Of a DNA stretch of 32,000 bases, positions 1-7,988 are shown piece after piece. Numbering within the stretch: the first letter of the stretch is position 1; every line of letters begins with the position of its first letter. The DNA is taken from NCBI RefSeq assembly GCF_001598795.1, contig NZ_BCZP01000007.1, positions 1 through 32,000 of the forward strand, given 5' to 3'. The stretch is from Delftia acidovorans NBRC 14950. GTDB taxonomy: Bacteria; Pseudomonadota; Gammaproteobacteria; Burkholderiales; Burkholderiaceae_C. The notes beneath the pieces were generated by a model, which was not told where the DNA came from, made no database searches, and was given only the letters and a program-made list of their open reading frames with translations. A program made the position numbers and the translations under genes.

Positions 1-1100
1 GGGATAGGTGTTCAGCGCGAAGGTGGCACCCACGCTGCGCGGGCTGGTCACGTTGGTGAGCTGGCATGCACCTGTGCCCGCGCAATCGCCTGACCAACTG
101 GTGAAGTGGTAACCCGCATCAGGCGTGGCGGTGCAGCTTGCGTCCTGGCCGTGGGTGACGGGGTTGGGTGCGCAGGTGACCGTGCCGTTGACGGCGGCGG
201 GGGTGGCGATGGAGTGGGTGTTGGGCGTGAAGGTGGCCGAGACGGTGCGCGACGCGGTCACGCTGGTGAACTGGCATGCACCCGTGCCCGCGCAATCGCC
301 CGACCAACTGGTGAAGTGGTAACCCGCATCGGGCGTGGCGGTGCAGCTTGCATCCTGGCCGTGGGTGACGGGGTTGGGCGTGCAGGTGACTGTGCCGTTG
401 GCCGGGGCGGGGACGATGCCGATGGAATAGGTGTTGAGTACAAATGTGGCACCCACGCTGCGCGGGCTGGTCACGTTGTAGAGAATGCACGCGCTGGCAG
501 TGCCCGAGCAATCGCCCGACCAATGGGTGAAGTGGTAGCCCATCGCGGGCGAGGCGACGCAGATCGTGTCTTGCCCATGGGGCACGGGGTTGGGCGTGCA
601 GTTCACGCTGCCGCCGGTGATTGCGGGGGAGGCAATGGCGTAGGTAATGGGCGCGAAGGTGGCTCCCACGCTGTGCGCGCTGGTCACGTTGGTGAACTGG
701 CATGCACCCGTGCCCGCGCAATCGCCCGTCCAGCCGGTGAACTGAAAGCCCGTTTGCGGCGTGGCAGTGCAGCCAGCGGCCTGGCCGTGGGGCACGGGAT
801 TGGGCGTGCACGACATGCTCCCGCCCGTGGTGGCAGAGGTGGTGATGGCGTAGGTGATGAGCGTCGTGTTGGCAGAGACGGTGGTAGTCCCGAGAACCAC
901 GGGCTGGCAAGCTCCCGTGCCGCTGCATGCGCCGCCCCAGCCGCTGAAGGGGCGGGCGACAGGGTCGTGCACCGTGGCCGCGCAGGTGGCGCTGGAGCCA
1001 TGGGTCACTGGGTTCGGGGTGCACTGTGCGCTGGCGATGCCCGCATCCGTGTTGACTGTCACCATGTATTGGCGCGGTGCCAGGCAAGCGGCCGTGGTGC
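1..1100. repeat. Tandem ~210-bp coding repeats (about 5 units, progressively diverged) inside the repeat-protein gene
   Basis: The motif ctggcatgcacc(c/t)gtgcccgcgcaatcgcc recurs at 61, 271 and ~697, with a diverged copy at ~490. Units 61-190 and 271-400 differ at 7 of 130 positions by eye. The period is 210 bp, or 70 aa. Confidence 0.8.
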
Positions 1101-2154
1101 CGCCGCTGATGCCCGCGCAATTCCAGCGGAAGGCATCGGCCGCGGCAGACTGGTTGGTGGCCGAACCGGCGCTGCACAAGAGGGTTGGCAAGGTGAGCGA
1201 AGGCGCCGTGCTGCCACACGCGCCGTTGGTGGGCGGCGGGGCGAAGGTGGCGCTGATGGTGCAATTGCCGGTAATGGTCGCAGTGGTGTAGGTGTTGCCC
1301 GCAAGCGATCCGCCGCAGCCGCTGACCTGCACCGTATAGCCCGGTGGCGTGGTGAGCGTGAAGCTGGCCTGCTGCCCCGCCGCTACATCGCGCCCCGCCT
1401 CGATGCTGCCGCCGCCCGTGGCCTGGGAGGTAACGAGGTAGGCGCGAGGCACGGAGCATTGCGGCGAAGGGTTGCCGCCGTAGCTGCTCTGGCACACCCA
1501 GGAGAAGGAGTAGGTATCGCCCATCACGCCGCTGGTCGTGCCCACGCTGCACAGCAAGGCGTCTGGCGGATAGCGGCGAGGCGTGGTGCTGCTGGCACTG
1601 CCGCACACGCCATCGAGCTGCACGGAACCGGCCTCGACCGTCATGCCGATGGAGGTCTGCGGCTCGGCCACCCAGGCTGGGTTGTGGCTCGCGCCCGAAT
1701 ACCAGGTCAGCCCGTCGTTGGTGGCCGTGGTGATCTGGCGGCGGATCATGGTCTGGCCGATGCTGCGCACCACCACCCAGGCAAAGTCGCCCGCCGCCAC
1801 GATGCGGTCGCCCGTGAACACGCGCATGCCTGGCGTGGCCGCGTCGGCGATGAAGGGGGTGCAGGCCGTCATGTCCGCGAACGGCGTGGCGGCGCTGGCG
1901 TCGGTTGCGCACACTTGCAGCTCGAACTGGTCGATCTGGGTGAGATTCATCTTCACCTGCGTGATGCGCAGCGACTGGCTGCCAATCGGGATCCGGTTGG
2001 CCACCCACAGGTTGGTGTGGTAGCTGGAGTTGTGCTGGATGAGCCACGGGTCATTGGCGGCTGCCAGGTTGTCGAATACCGTGACTGCACCAGCAGACAC
2101 TGAAGCCGCCGCCGTCAGCAGCAGCATGGCAATTCGAAGGGCAAGGGTTTTCAT
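1..2154 (-). CDS. Large secreted repeat protein, 5' portion (718 codons in the window; the 3' end lies beyond the left edge). Signal peptide, ~155-aa N-terminal domain, two Cys-motif modules, then tandem ~70-aa InlB-B-repeat-like (Flg_new-like) units
   Basis: ATG at 2154-2152. My hand translation of the minus frame (codon first bases divisible by 3) gives MKTLALRIAMLLLTAAASVSAGA... Spot checks at 2154-2080, 1740, 1320, 1080, 900, 480 and 60 found no stop. Repeats read NCTPNPV(T/P)HGQ..C.ATP..GY.FT.WSGDCAGTGACQFT.VT...SV.ATF. The frame is absent from the ORF track because it has no stop in the window. Confidence 0.85.
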   Translation of the reverse strand, partial: MKTLALRIAMLLLTAAASVSAGAVTVFDNLAAANDPWLIQHNSSYHTNLWVANRIPIGSQSLRITQVKMNLTQIDQFELQVCATDASAATPFADMTACTPFIADAATPGMRVFTGDRIVAAGDFAWVVVRSIGQTMIRRQITTATNDGLTWYSGASHNPAWVAEPQTSIGMTVEAGSVQLDGVCGSASSTTPRRYPPDALLCSVGTTSGVMGDTYSFSWVCQSSYGGNPSPQCSVPRAYLVTSQATGGGSIEAGRDVAAGQQASFTLTTPPGYTVQVSGCGGSLAGNTYTTATITGNCTISATFAPPPTNGACGSTAPSLTLPTLLCSAGSATNQSAAADAFRWNCAGISGGTTAACLAPRQYMVTVNTDAGIASAQCTPNPVTHGSSATCAATVHDPVARPFSGWGGACSGTGACQPVVLGTTTVSANTTLITYAITTSATTGGSMSCTPNPVPHGQAAGCTATPQTGFQFTGWTGDCAGTGACQFTNVTSAHSVGATFAPITYAIASPAITGGSVNCTPNPVPHGQDTICVASPAMGYHFTHWSGDCSGTASACILYNVTSPRSVGATFVLNTYSIGIVPAPANGTVTCTPNPVTHGQDASCTATPDAGYHFTSWSGDCAGTGACQFTSVTASRTVSATFTPNTHSIATPAAVNGTVTCAPNPVTHGQDASCTATPDAGYHFTSWSGDCAGTGACQLTNVTSPRSVGATFALNTYP

Positions 2155-2213
2155 GGCGATGCGGTGGGTGGGTGGAGCTGTGTTCCACCCAGCCGCGATC
2201 GGCCATGAAAAAT

Positions 2214-2246
2214 GCTTTCAGCGCTTGTGTATCAAGCGCTGAAAGC
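2214..2246 (-). terminator. Perfect 14-bp-stem hairpin followed by ATTTTTC on the minus strand. Terminator/attenuator-like element, or a palindromic operator, in the leader of the repeat-protein gene
   Basis: GCTTTCAGCGCTTG (2214-2227), 5-nt loop, CAAGCGCTGAAAGC (2233-2246). On the minus strand the stem is followed by ATTTTTC (2213-2207). It lies 60-92 nt upstream of the ATG at 2154. Confidence 0.35.
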
Positions 2247-2375
2247 CATGTTTATGGAAGCGTGTGGCACGGGTGGATGCGCACTGCCGGCCATCTTGCG
2301 GGCGCGCAGCCCTGGCGGCTTGACTGTGCGTTCGTGCCGCGCTTGACTGGACGTTTCGCAAGCCTCACCCCCCCC

Positions 2376-2394
2376 AAAAAAGGGGCGTTCCCCT
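2376..2394 (-). terminator. Short GC hairpin plus T6 tract on the minus strand (weak terminator-like element), flanked by a C8/G8 run
   Basis: Minus strand reads AGGGG-aacg-CCCCT-TTTTT-GGGGGGGG. The stem is only 5 bp. Confidence 0.2.
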
Positions 2395-2659
2395 CCCCCT
2401 CCCGCGCTATCATCCGCCCCGGCCCCCTGTCCCGGGGCTGATGCTTCAAAACATCCGTCGTATAGCGGCACAGCCTCTCCGAAAGCGAGGCTTGGTACAC
2501 CGAATCCATCAGTCAATGCAGATGCAATGGCCTGTGGCTTCGATCCGCAATGGAGCACGGAACAATGAACGCCGTTTCTCTCGCCTGCGCGCCGTCTTTT
2601 GGCGCAGCCCCTCGCTCATGCCAGCCCTTTGTGCCCGGCCAACTGCGGAGGGACATGGC

Positions 2660-3046
2660 ATGAACCCCACCCAGCCCTCCCCCACCACGGACAGCCACAC
2701 CACGCGGCAACTGTCCAATGCGCTCACCCAGGTGGACCATCTCGTGCAGCAAGGCTGTGCAGAAATCTCCGCCATCGCCCAGCTGGCTCTGGCCTGGCTG
2801 GAGACCCCCAAGGGCCACCGGCACCTGGACGTGGTGGCACGCGCCCTGCAAAGCATCCGCGACAGCGCCGAGACGCTGGCCGACTACGCCGGCACCGAGG
2901 CCCAGGCCATGGGCTGCGGGTTTGACGATCCGGCCGAGATGCGCCGCGCTGAAGCGGCCGAGGCGGCGGCAAAGGCAATGGCAATGGCCCACCTGTTTGA
3001 ACGCCGCGCCAATGTGCCGATGCCTGCGCAGGACGGCAGCAGCTGA
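2660..3046 (+). CDS. Hypothetical protein, 128 aa, predicted helical, no recognisable motif
   Basis: ATG at 2660 is preceded by GGAGGG (2647-2652). Third-position G+C is high throughout. It forms the 3' part of track ORF 2441..3046, whose upstream extension looks non-coding. Confidence 0.6.
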   Translation: MNPTQPSPTTDSHTTRQLSNALTQVDHLVQQGCAEISAIAQLALAWLETPKGHRHLDVVARALQSIRDSAETLADYAGTEAQAMGCGFDDPAEMRRAEAAEAAAKAMAMAHLFERRANVPMPAQDGSS

Positions 3047-3095
3047 TGCGCCTGCGCGCCGGCCGGCCGGCGTTCAGCCCACGTTCAGACCACAC

Positions 3096-4382
3096 TCAGC
3101 CCACACTCAGCCGCAGCGCAAGCGCGACCAGCGTGATGGCAAGGACCGGAAGGGTCAGGACGATGCCGACGCGCAGGTAGTAGCCCCAGCCAATCGTCAT
3201 GCCCTTGCGGGCCAGCACATGGAGCCAGAGCAAGGTGGCCAGGCTGCCGATGGGCGTGATCTTGGGGCCGAGGTCACAGCCGATCACATTGGCATAGACC
3301 ATGGCTTCCTTCACCAGCCCCGTGGCCCCGGAGTGCTCGATGGACAGGGCGCCCACCAGCACCGTGGGCATGTTGTTCATCACGGAAGACAGGCCCGCCG
3401 ACAGAAAGCCGGTGCCTATTGCGGCGCCCCACACGCCGCCGCCCGCAAATACTTCCAGCACTCTGGCCAGGGCGCCGGTCAGCCCTGCGTTGCGCAGTCC
3501 GTAGACCACCAGGTACATGCCCAGCGAGAACACGACGATCTGCCATGGCGCGCCCTTCAGGACCCGGCCTGCGCTGATGACCCGGCCATGGGCGGCGACG
3601 GCCAGCAAGAGCAGCGCACAGGCCGCGGCCACGGCGCTGACGGGAACGCCCAGCGGCTCCAGCCCGAAGAAGCCCAGCATCAACAGCGCCAGCACGGCCC
3701 AGCCTGCGCGGAAGGTGGCCAGGTCCCGGATGGCGGCCGATGGCGGCTGCAGGCGCTCCAAGGCATAGGTGCGGGGCAGATCCTTGCGGAAGAACAGGAA
3801 CAGCACGCCCAGGCTGGCGGCCACGGCAACCAGGTTCACCGGCACCATGACCGATGCATAGTCGTTGAAGCCGATGCCGAAGAAGTCCGCCGAGACGATG
3901 TTGACCAGGTTGGAGACCACCAGCGGCAGGCTGGCCGTGTCCGCGATGAACCCTGCCGCCATGACGAATGCCAGGGTGCTTGCGGCAGAAAAGCCCAGGG
4001 CCACCAGCATGGCCATCACGATGGGCGTCAGGATGAGCGCGGCGCCATCGTTGGCAAAGACCGCTGACACCACGGCGCCCAGCAGCACGATGAAGGCAAA
4101 CAGGCGCCTGCCGCTTGCGCGGCCCCAGCGGGCCACGTGCAGTGCAGCCCAAGCGAAGAACCCGGCCTCGTCCAGCAGCAGGCTGATGATGATGACCGCC
4201 ACGAAGGTGGCGGTTGCGTTCCAGACGATGCCCCAGACGACGGCGACATCGGCCCAGTGCACCACCCCCAGGGCCAGTGCCACGATGGCGCCGAGCGACG
4301 CGCTCCAGCCGATGCCCAGGCCTGCGGGCTGCCAGATGACAAGGACAAGGGTGGCTGCAAAGATCAGGAGGGCCGCAAGCAT
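3096..4382 (-). CDS. arsB: Arsenite efflux pump ArsB (ArsB/NhaD permease family)
   Basis: 428 aa that align almost end to end by eye with E. coli ArsB ([103 protein letters not shown]). Confidence 0.97.
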   Translation of the reverse strand: MLAALLIFAATLVLVIWQPAGLGIGWSASLGAIVALALGVVHWADVAVVWGIVWNATATFVAVIIISLLLDEAGFFAWAALHVARWGRASGRRLFAFIVLLGAVVSAVFANDGAALILTPIVMAMLVALGFSAASTLAFVMAAGFIADTASLPLVVSNLVNIVSADFFGIGFNDYASVMVPVNLVAVAASLGVLFLFFRKDLPRTYALERLQPPSAAIRDLATFRAGWAVLALLMLGFFGLEPLGVPVSAVAAACALLLLAVAAHGRVISAGRVLKGAPWQIVVFSLGMYLVVYGLRNAGLTGALARVLEVFAGGGVWGAAIGTGFLSAGLSSVMNNMPTVLVGALSIEHSGATGLVKEAMVYANVIGCDLGPKITPIGSLATLLWLHVLARKGMTIGWGYYLRVGIVLTLPVLAITLVALALRLSVG

Positions 4383-4484
4383 GTGCTGTTTTCTTCGAGG
4401 ATGTGCAGGCGGCAGCGGGGGCCGCAGCGGTGTCGGTGCCGGGTGACGGTGGCAGGTGTCGGTAGCAGGTGTCAGTGGCAGGCT

Positions 4485-4988
4485 TCAGCCACGGGCCAGG
4501 TCGCGGGCAGACTGCTGCAGCGCGTGCCTGGCCAGGGACGATGGCGGCAGGTTGACGAGCCGCTCCAGGCGCTGCCGCATGGCCAGCAGGGTCTGGCGGA
4601 ATGCGGCCTGCCGGCCTTCGTCGCTTCCTTCGGCCTGCGACGGGTCCGCGTAGCCCCAGTGCGCGGTGGCGGGCTGGCCCGGCCAATAGGGGCATGCCTC
4701 GCCAGCGGCGCTGTCGCAGACAGTGATGACCAGATCCATAGGGGGCGCATCAGGCGCGCCGAACTCATCCCAGCTTTTGCTGCGCAGGCCTTCGGTGCAC
4801 ACGCCCGCCTGCTCCAGCGCCGCAATCGCCATCGGATGGGGCTGCTGGTTGTCGCGGGGGCTGCTGCCTGCGGAGTAGGCCTTGAAGCGCCCGCCGCCGA
4901 GGTGATTCAGAAGGCCTTCCGCCAGGATGCTCCGGGCAGAGTTGTGCGTGCACAGAAACAGGACGTTCAGGGGTTTGTCGGTAGTCAT
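4485..4988 (-). CDS. arsC: Arsenate reductase ArsC, LMW-PTPase (thioredoxin-coupled) type
   Basis: MTTDKPLNVLFLCTHNSARS carries the CX5R(S) P-loop, and VCDSAAGEAC supplies the distal Cys pair. ATG at 4988. The track ORF's 30 extra N-terminal codons overlap arsR and look spurious. Confidence 0.92.
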   Translation of the reverse strand: MTTDKPLNVLFLCTHNSARSILAEGLLNHLGGGRFKAYSAGSSPRDNQQPHPMAIAALEQAGVCTEGLRSKSWDEFGAPDAPPMDLVITVCDSAAGEACPYWPGQPATAHWGYADPSQAEGSDEGRQAAFRQTLLAMRQRLERLVNLPPSSLARHALQQSARDLARG

Positions 4989-5028
4989 GGCAGGAAGTGT
5001 TCGGGGCGGGGAAACCGGGGGAGCAGCG

Positions 5029-5352
5029 TCAGCAGGACTTGCAGGACATGTCGGCCACCTCGCATGCCGCGCCTGCACAGCAGTTCTGCGTCAGGAAGCC
5101 AAGCAGGCCGTTCATGCGCTCATAGGCGGCGCGGTACACCAGGTTGCGGCTGGCCCGCTCCTGCGTCACCAGGCCCGAGCGGGTCAGTTCCTTGAGATGG
5201 AAAGACAGCGTGGTGTTGGCGGCGCCCAGGCTTTCTGCCATGACGCCCGGCGTCAGCCCCTCGGGCCCGGCCACGACGAGCGCGCGGAAGATGCGCAGGC
5301 GCAAGGGGTGGGCAAGCGCGGCCAGGGATTCGACGACTTCAGATTCATCCAT
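5029..5352 (-). CDS. arsR: ArsR/SmtB-family repressor with a C-terminal Cys cluster
   Basis: MDESEVVESLAALAHPLRLRIFRAL... is a winged HTH. The C-terminus reads NCCAGAACEVADMSCKSC. ATG at 5352 sits next to an AT-rich promoter region. It is the first gene of arsRCB. Confidence 0.9.
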   Translation of the reverse strand: MDESEVVESLAALAHPLRLRIFRALVVAGPEGLTPGVMAESLGAANTTLSFHLKELTRSGLVTQERASRNLVYRAAYERMNGLLGFLTQNCCAGAACEVADMSCKSC

Positions 5353-5366
5353 GGGCAAATCATACG

Positions 5367-5390
5367 ATATTTCAACAAATATGGAAATAT
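5367..5390. promoter_or_regulatory. Candidate ArsR operator within the ars promoter region
   Basis: Inverted repeat ATATTTC-N10-GAAATAT. It lies 15-38 bp upstream of the arsR ATG, in the only AT-rich stretch of the 5353-5400 region. Confidence 0.5.
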
Positions 5391-5517
5391 AGACCAGCCG
5401 GCGCTGACCGATCGTGCCAGCCCATGCCAACCCACGCCACCCCATGCAGATGGGCACCCATGGCTGACCGCCGTGCCCGGTTGCCGAAAAGCGCAGGCAA
5501 GCGGGCACGGTCCGATC

Positions 5518-6222
5518 TCAGGCGCCCTGTGGCAGATAGCTCGGCCGGGCCGCCGTCATGCCGCGCTTGACCTGCTGGGTGAGCTCGTCGGCCAGCACTT
5601 CATCGAGCCCGGCCTCCAGTCCGTCCAGCGCGCGGCTGACGATGTCCTCGGGGCTGGACTTCGGCGCTTCAAGCCCGCGCGTGAGGTCGGTGTCGACATA
5701 GGCCATGTGCAGGCCCAGCACCTGTGTCTTCTGCCCTGCAAGCTCGCTGCGCAGGGCGTTGGTGAGCGACCAGGCGGCAGATTTGCTGGCCGAATAGGCG
5801 GCCAGTTCCCCACCGTTCACCCAGGAGGCCACCGACAGCACATTGAGCAAGGCCCCGCCGCCGTTGGCCTTGAGAACCGGCGCGAAGGCCTGGCTCATGC
5901 GCAGCACGGCGAAGAAGTTGGTCTCGAAGATGCGCCTGGCGACCTCTTCGCTGTCGGGCGCCATGAAGCCGCCGGGCTGGGCGATGCCGGCGTTGTTGAT
6001 CACCAGCGTGACGTCCGACGCCAGCGCGGCGGCGGCGGCCACGTCCTGCGGGCGGTTCACGTCCAGCTGCAGGGCATGCACGCCGGGCTGGGTGACGGTG
6101 GCGGGGTCGCGCGCGCCGGCGTAGACCTTGCGGGCGCCACGGGCGAGCAGCTCGCGCGCGAAAGCCAGGCCGATGCCGCGATTGGCACCGGTGACGAGAA
6201 CAACAGCGTTTTCAATTTTCAT
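5518..6222 (-). CDS. Short-chain dehydrogenase/reductase (SDR) family oxidoreductase
   Basis: TGANRGIG (TGxxxGxG), NNAG and YSASK (YxxxK) motifs are all present. 234 aa. Confidence 0.9.
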   Translation of the reverse strand: MKIENAVVLVTGANRGIGLAFARELLARGARKVYAGARDPATVTQPGVHALQLDVNRPQDVAAAAALASDVTLVINNAGIAQPGGFMAPDSEEVARRIFETNFFAVLRMSQAFAPVLKANGGGALLNVLSVASWVNGGELAAYSASKSAAWSLTNALRSELAGQKTQVLGLHMAYVDTDLTRGLEAPKSSPEDIVSRALDGLEAGLDEVLADELTQQVKRGMTAARPSYLPQGA

Positions 6223-6252
6223 GGAGCACTCCAGGGGTGGGGGAAAACAGAT

Positions 6253-7254
6253 TCAACGGATCTTGATGACGACCTTGCCCTTGGCATGGCCGGCTTCGGC
6301 ATAGGCAAGGGCCTCGTTGGTGGACTCGAATGCGAAGACCTTGTCCACGACCGGGCGGATGGCGCCCGCTTCGATGAGGCGGGTGATCTCGCGCAGCTGG
6401 GCGCCGTTGGCCCGCATGAAGAGAAAGGAGTAGTCAATGCCACGGCCTCGCGCCCGGCGCCTGATGCCGGAGCTGAGCAGCCGCATCACCAGCCGCACGA
6501 ATGCGGGCGCCGCGATGTTTCTGCCAAATGCGGGATCGGGCGGGCCGGAGATGGAGACCAGCTTCGCGCCGCCCTTGAGCACGCGCAGGGATTTGCCAAG
6601 CGTCTTGCCGTCCTGGCTGTTGAGCACCACGTCGTAGTCGTGCAGGACGTTCTCGAAGTCCTGCGTGCGGTAGTCGATGACGACATCCGCACCCAGGCTC
6701 CTGACCAGCTCGAAGTTGGCCGCGCTCGTGGTGGTGGCCACAGTGGCGCCCAGGTGCCTGGCCAGCTGGATGGCGAACGTGCCCACGCCGCCGGAGCCGG
6801 CCTGGATGAAGACCCTTTGCCCCTTCGACAGCTTCGCCGTCTCCACCAGGGCCTGCCAGGCCGTCAGGCCCACCAGGGGGATGGAGGCGGCCTCTTCCAT
6901 CGTGAGCCCCTTGGGTTTTGGCGCCAGCGACGACTCCTTGACCGGCACGAACTCCGCGAACGTACCGATCCGGAAATCGTCCGTGCGTGCATAGACCTCG
7001 TCGCCCGGCTTGAACTGCCGCACGCTCGGGCCGGCCTTGACCACCACGCCGGCCACGTCGTGGCCCAGGATCAGGGGCAGGCGATAGGGCAGGATGAGCT
7101 TGAATTGCCCGTCCCTGATCTTGGAGTCCAGCTGGTTCACGCCTGCGGCATGGACCTGGACCAGGACTTCATCGTCACGCAGCTGCGGCTCGGGCACCTC
7201 TGCCAACTGCAAGGCGCGGTTCGCTCCATAGCTTTCCAGAACAAATGCCTTCAT
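6253..7254 (-). CDS. NAD(P)-dependent oxidoreductase, medium-chain (zinc-type ADH / quinone oxidoreductase-like) family
   Basis: GHDVAGVV, the AGSGGVGTFAIQLA Rossmann motif, and a C-terminal GHAKGKVV. SD AAGGAAG lies upstream of the ATG at 7254. Confidence 0.9.
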   Translation of the reverse strand: MKAFVLESYGANRALQLAEVPEPQLRDDEVLVQVHAAGVNQLDSKIRDGQFKLILPYRLPLILGHDVAGVVVKAGPSVRQFKPGDEVYARTDDFRIGTFAEFVPVKESSLAPKPKGLTMEEAASIPLVGLTAWQALVETAKLSKGQRVFIQAGSGGVGTFAIQLARHLGATVATTTSAANFELVRSLGADVVIDYRTQDFENVLHDYDVVLNSQDGKTLGKSLRVLKGGAKLVSISGPPDPAFGRNIAAPAFVRLVMRLLSSGIRRRARGRGIDYSFLFMRANGAQLREITRLIEAGAIRPVVDKVFAFESTNEALAYAEAGHAKGKVVIKIR

Positions 7255-7265
7255 GGTCTTCCTTT

Positions 7266-7283
7266 ATATGATGATCATCATAT
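7266..7283. promoter_or_regulatory. 18-bp perfect palindrome, candidate TetR operator upstream of the MDR-SDR genes
   Basis: ATATGATGATCATCATAT lies 12 bp upstream of the MDR ATG and just downstream of the tetR stop. A 14/15-identical core recurs at 7920-7934. Confidence 0.55.
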
Positions 7284-7327
7284 GTAATGGCGAAAAAAAT
7301 CCAGGCATATGCACAGGGCATGCGCCA

Positions 7328-7933
7328 TCACTGGCTGGCCGGCGTCAGGTGCTTGAGTGCTGCTTCGCGCAGGCTGTCGGACAGGGCCGGATCGTCCACT
7401 GCCCGTGCCAGCAGCAGGCTGCCGACCATGGTGGACAAGGTGACGAGCGCGCGCTCATGGGCGCCGGGCTGTCCCCAGTCCGGCGATTGGCGGGCGATGA
7501 GATCGACCATTTCCTTGATGTGGCCCGTGGCCACGCGGCGCACCTCCGGCGCCTGGCGCGAGGTCTCGGAGCCCAGGGCCGCCAGGGGGCAGCCCACCTC
7601 GGCGCGCTGGACATGTTCCTTGGAAAGATAGGCGGCCAGCATGGCCTGCAGCACCATGCCGGGCGGCGCCTTGGCCACCACGTCGGCGACAGCGGCGCAG
7701 GACTCGGCGCAGGCCTTGCCCGCCGCTTCGGCCAGCATGGCATCGCGCGAGGCGAAATGGGCGTAGAAGGCGCCGTGCGTCAGGCCCGCCGCCTTCATGA
7801 TGTCCGCCACCCCGGTGCCGCCATAGCCGCTGCGGCGGATGGCACGCGCTGCCACGGAGACGATGCGCTCATGCGTGGCCTCCTTGGCGGAAGCCCGGGC
7901 GCTGGAATTTGTGTTTCGCATGATGGTCATCAT
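7328..7933 (-). CDS. TetR/AcrR-family transcriptional regulator
   Basis: The N-terminal HTH reads ERIVSVAARAIRRSGYGGTGVADIMKAAGLTHGAFYAHFASRD. Possible ATG starts are 7933, 7930 and 7921. The track ORF extends to 8275 but that part overlaps the divergent gene. Confidence 0.85.
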   Translation of the reverse strand: MMTIMRNTNSSARASAKEATHERIVSVAARAIRRSGYGGTGVADIMKAAGLTHGAFYAHFASRDAMLAEAAGKACAESCAAVADVVAKAPPGMVLQAMLAAYLSKEHVQRAEVGCPLAALGSETSRQAPEVRRVATGHIKEMVDLIARQSPDWGQPGAHERALVTLSTMVGSLLLARAVDDPALSDSLREAALKHLTPASQ

Positions 7934-7937
7934 ACAT
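7920..7937. promoter_or_regulatory. Second copy of the TetR operator-like motif, in the tetR / monooxygenase divergent region
   Basis: ATGATGGTCATCATA versus ATGATGATCATCATA at 7268-7282. It overlaps the tetR start codons and lies 52-69 bp upstream of the monooxygenase ATG. Confidence 0.5.
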
Positions 7938-7988
7938 TGTTTGCCCCATGCACGCGCCGCAGATGGGACATCCGCCCGCAGCCATTGC

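Noticed and set aside
106-2103. Track ORFs 106..2103 (+, 665 aa) and 119..2047 (-, 642 aa)
   Set aside because: Their products are low-complexity and rich in Gly, Arg, Ala, His and Pro, with no motifs. The third minus-strand frame gives a signal peptide and coherent Cys-containing repeats. These two are G+C-driven shadow ORFs.
2265-2280. Sigma54-like TGGCAC...GC element upstream of the small hypothetical gene
   Set aside because: The GG and GC dinucleotides are separated by 11 nt rather than the canonical 10. The -12 region (GATGC) is a poor match. It lies about 380 nt from the nearest start codon.
2565-2663. 32-codon upstream ORF ending in an ATGA overlap with the 2660 start
   Set aside because: It has a possible GGAG upstream, but third-position G+C is only about 65% by my count, well below the real genes here, and there is no recognisable peptide feature. 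The evidence is insufficient.
3274-4695. 473-aa alternate-frame ORF overlapping arsB, and similar long shadows at 2718..4067, 8019..9365, 9422..10384, 10666..11808, 12067..13158, 23179..24039, 27112..28239, 28696..29769 and 29691..30743
   Set aside because: Each overlaps a gene with a strong family signature on the other strand or in another frame, and each has Arg/Pro/Gly-rich composition typical of non-coding frames in high-G+C DNA.
4927-7287. 786-aa plus-strand ORF spanning the arsC/arsR/SDR/MDR region
   Set aside because: It is antisense to four genes that have clear family motifs. Its product is Arg/Gly/Ala-rich with no motifs.
7839-7988. N-terminal extension of the monooxygenase ORF (track start 7839)
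   Set aside because: The extension overlaps the tetR coding region on the opposite strand and would place the GxGxxG fold about 70 residues from the N-terminus. An internal ATG (7989 or 8004) fits the family better.
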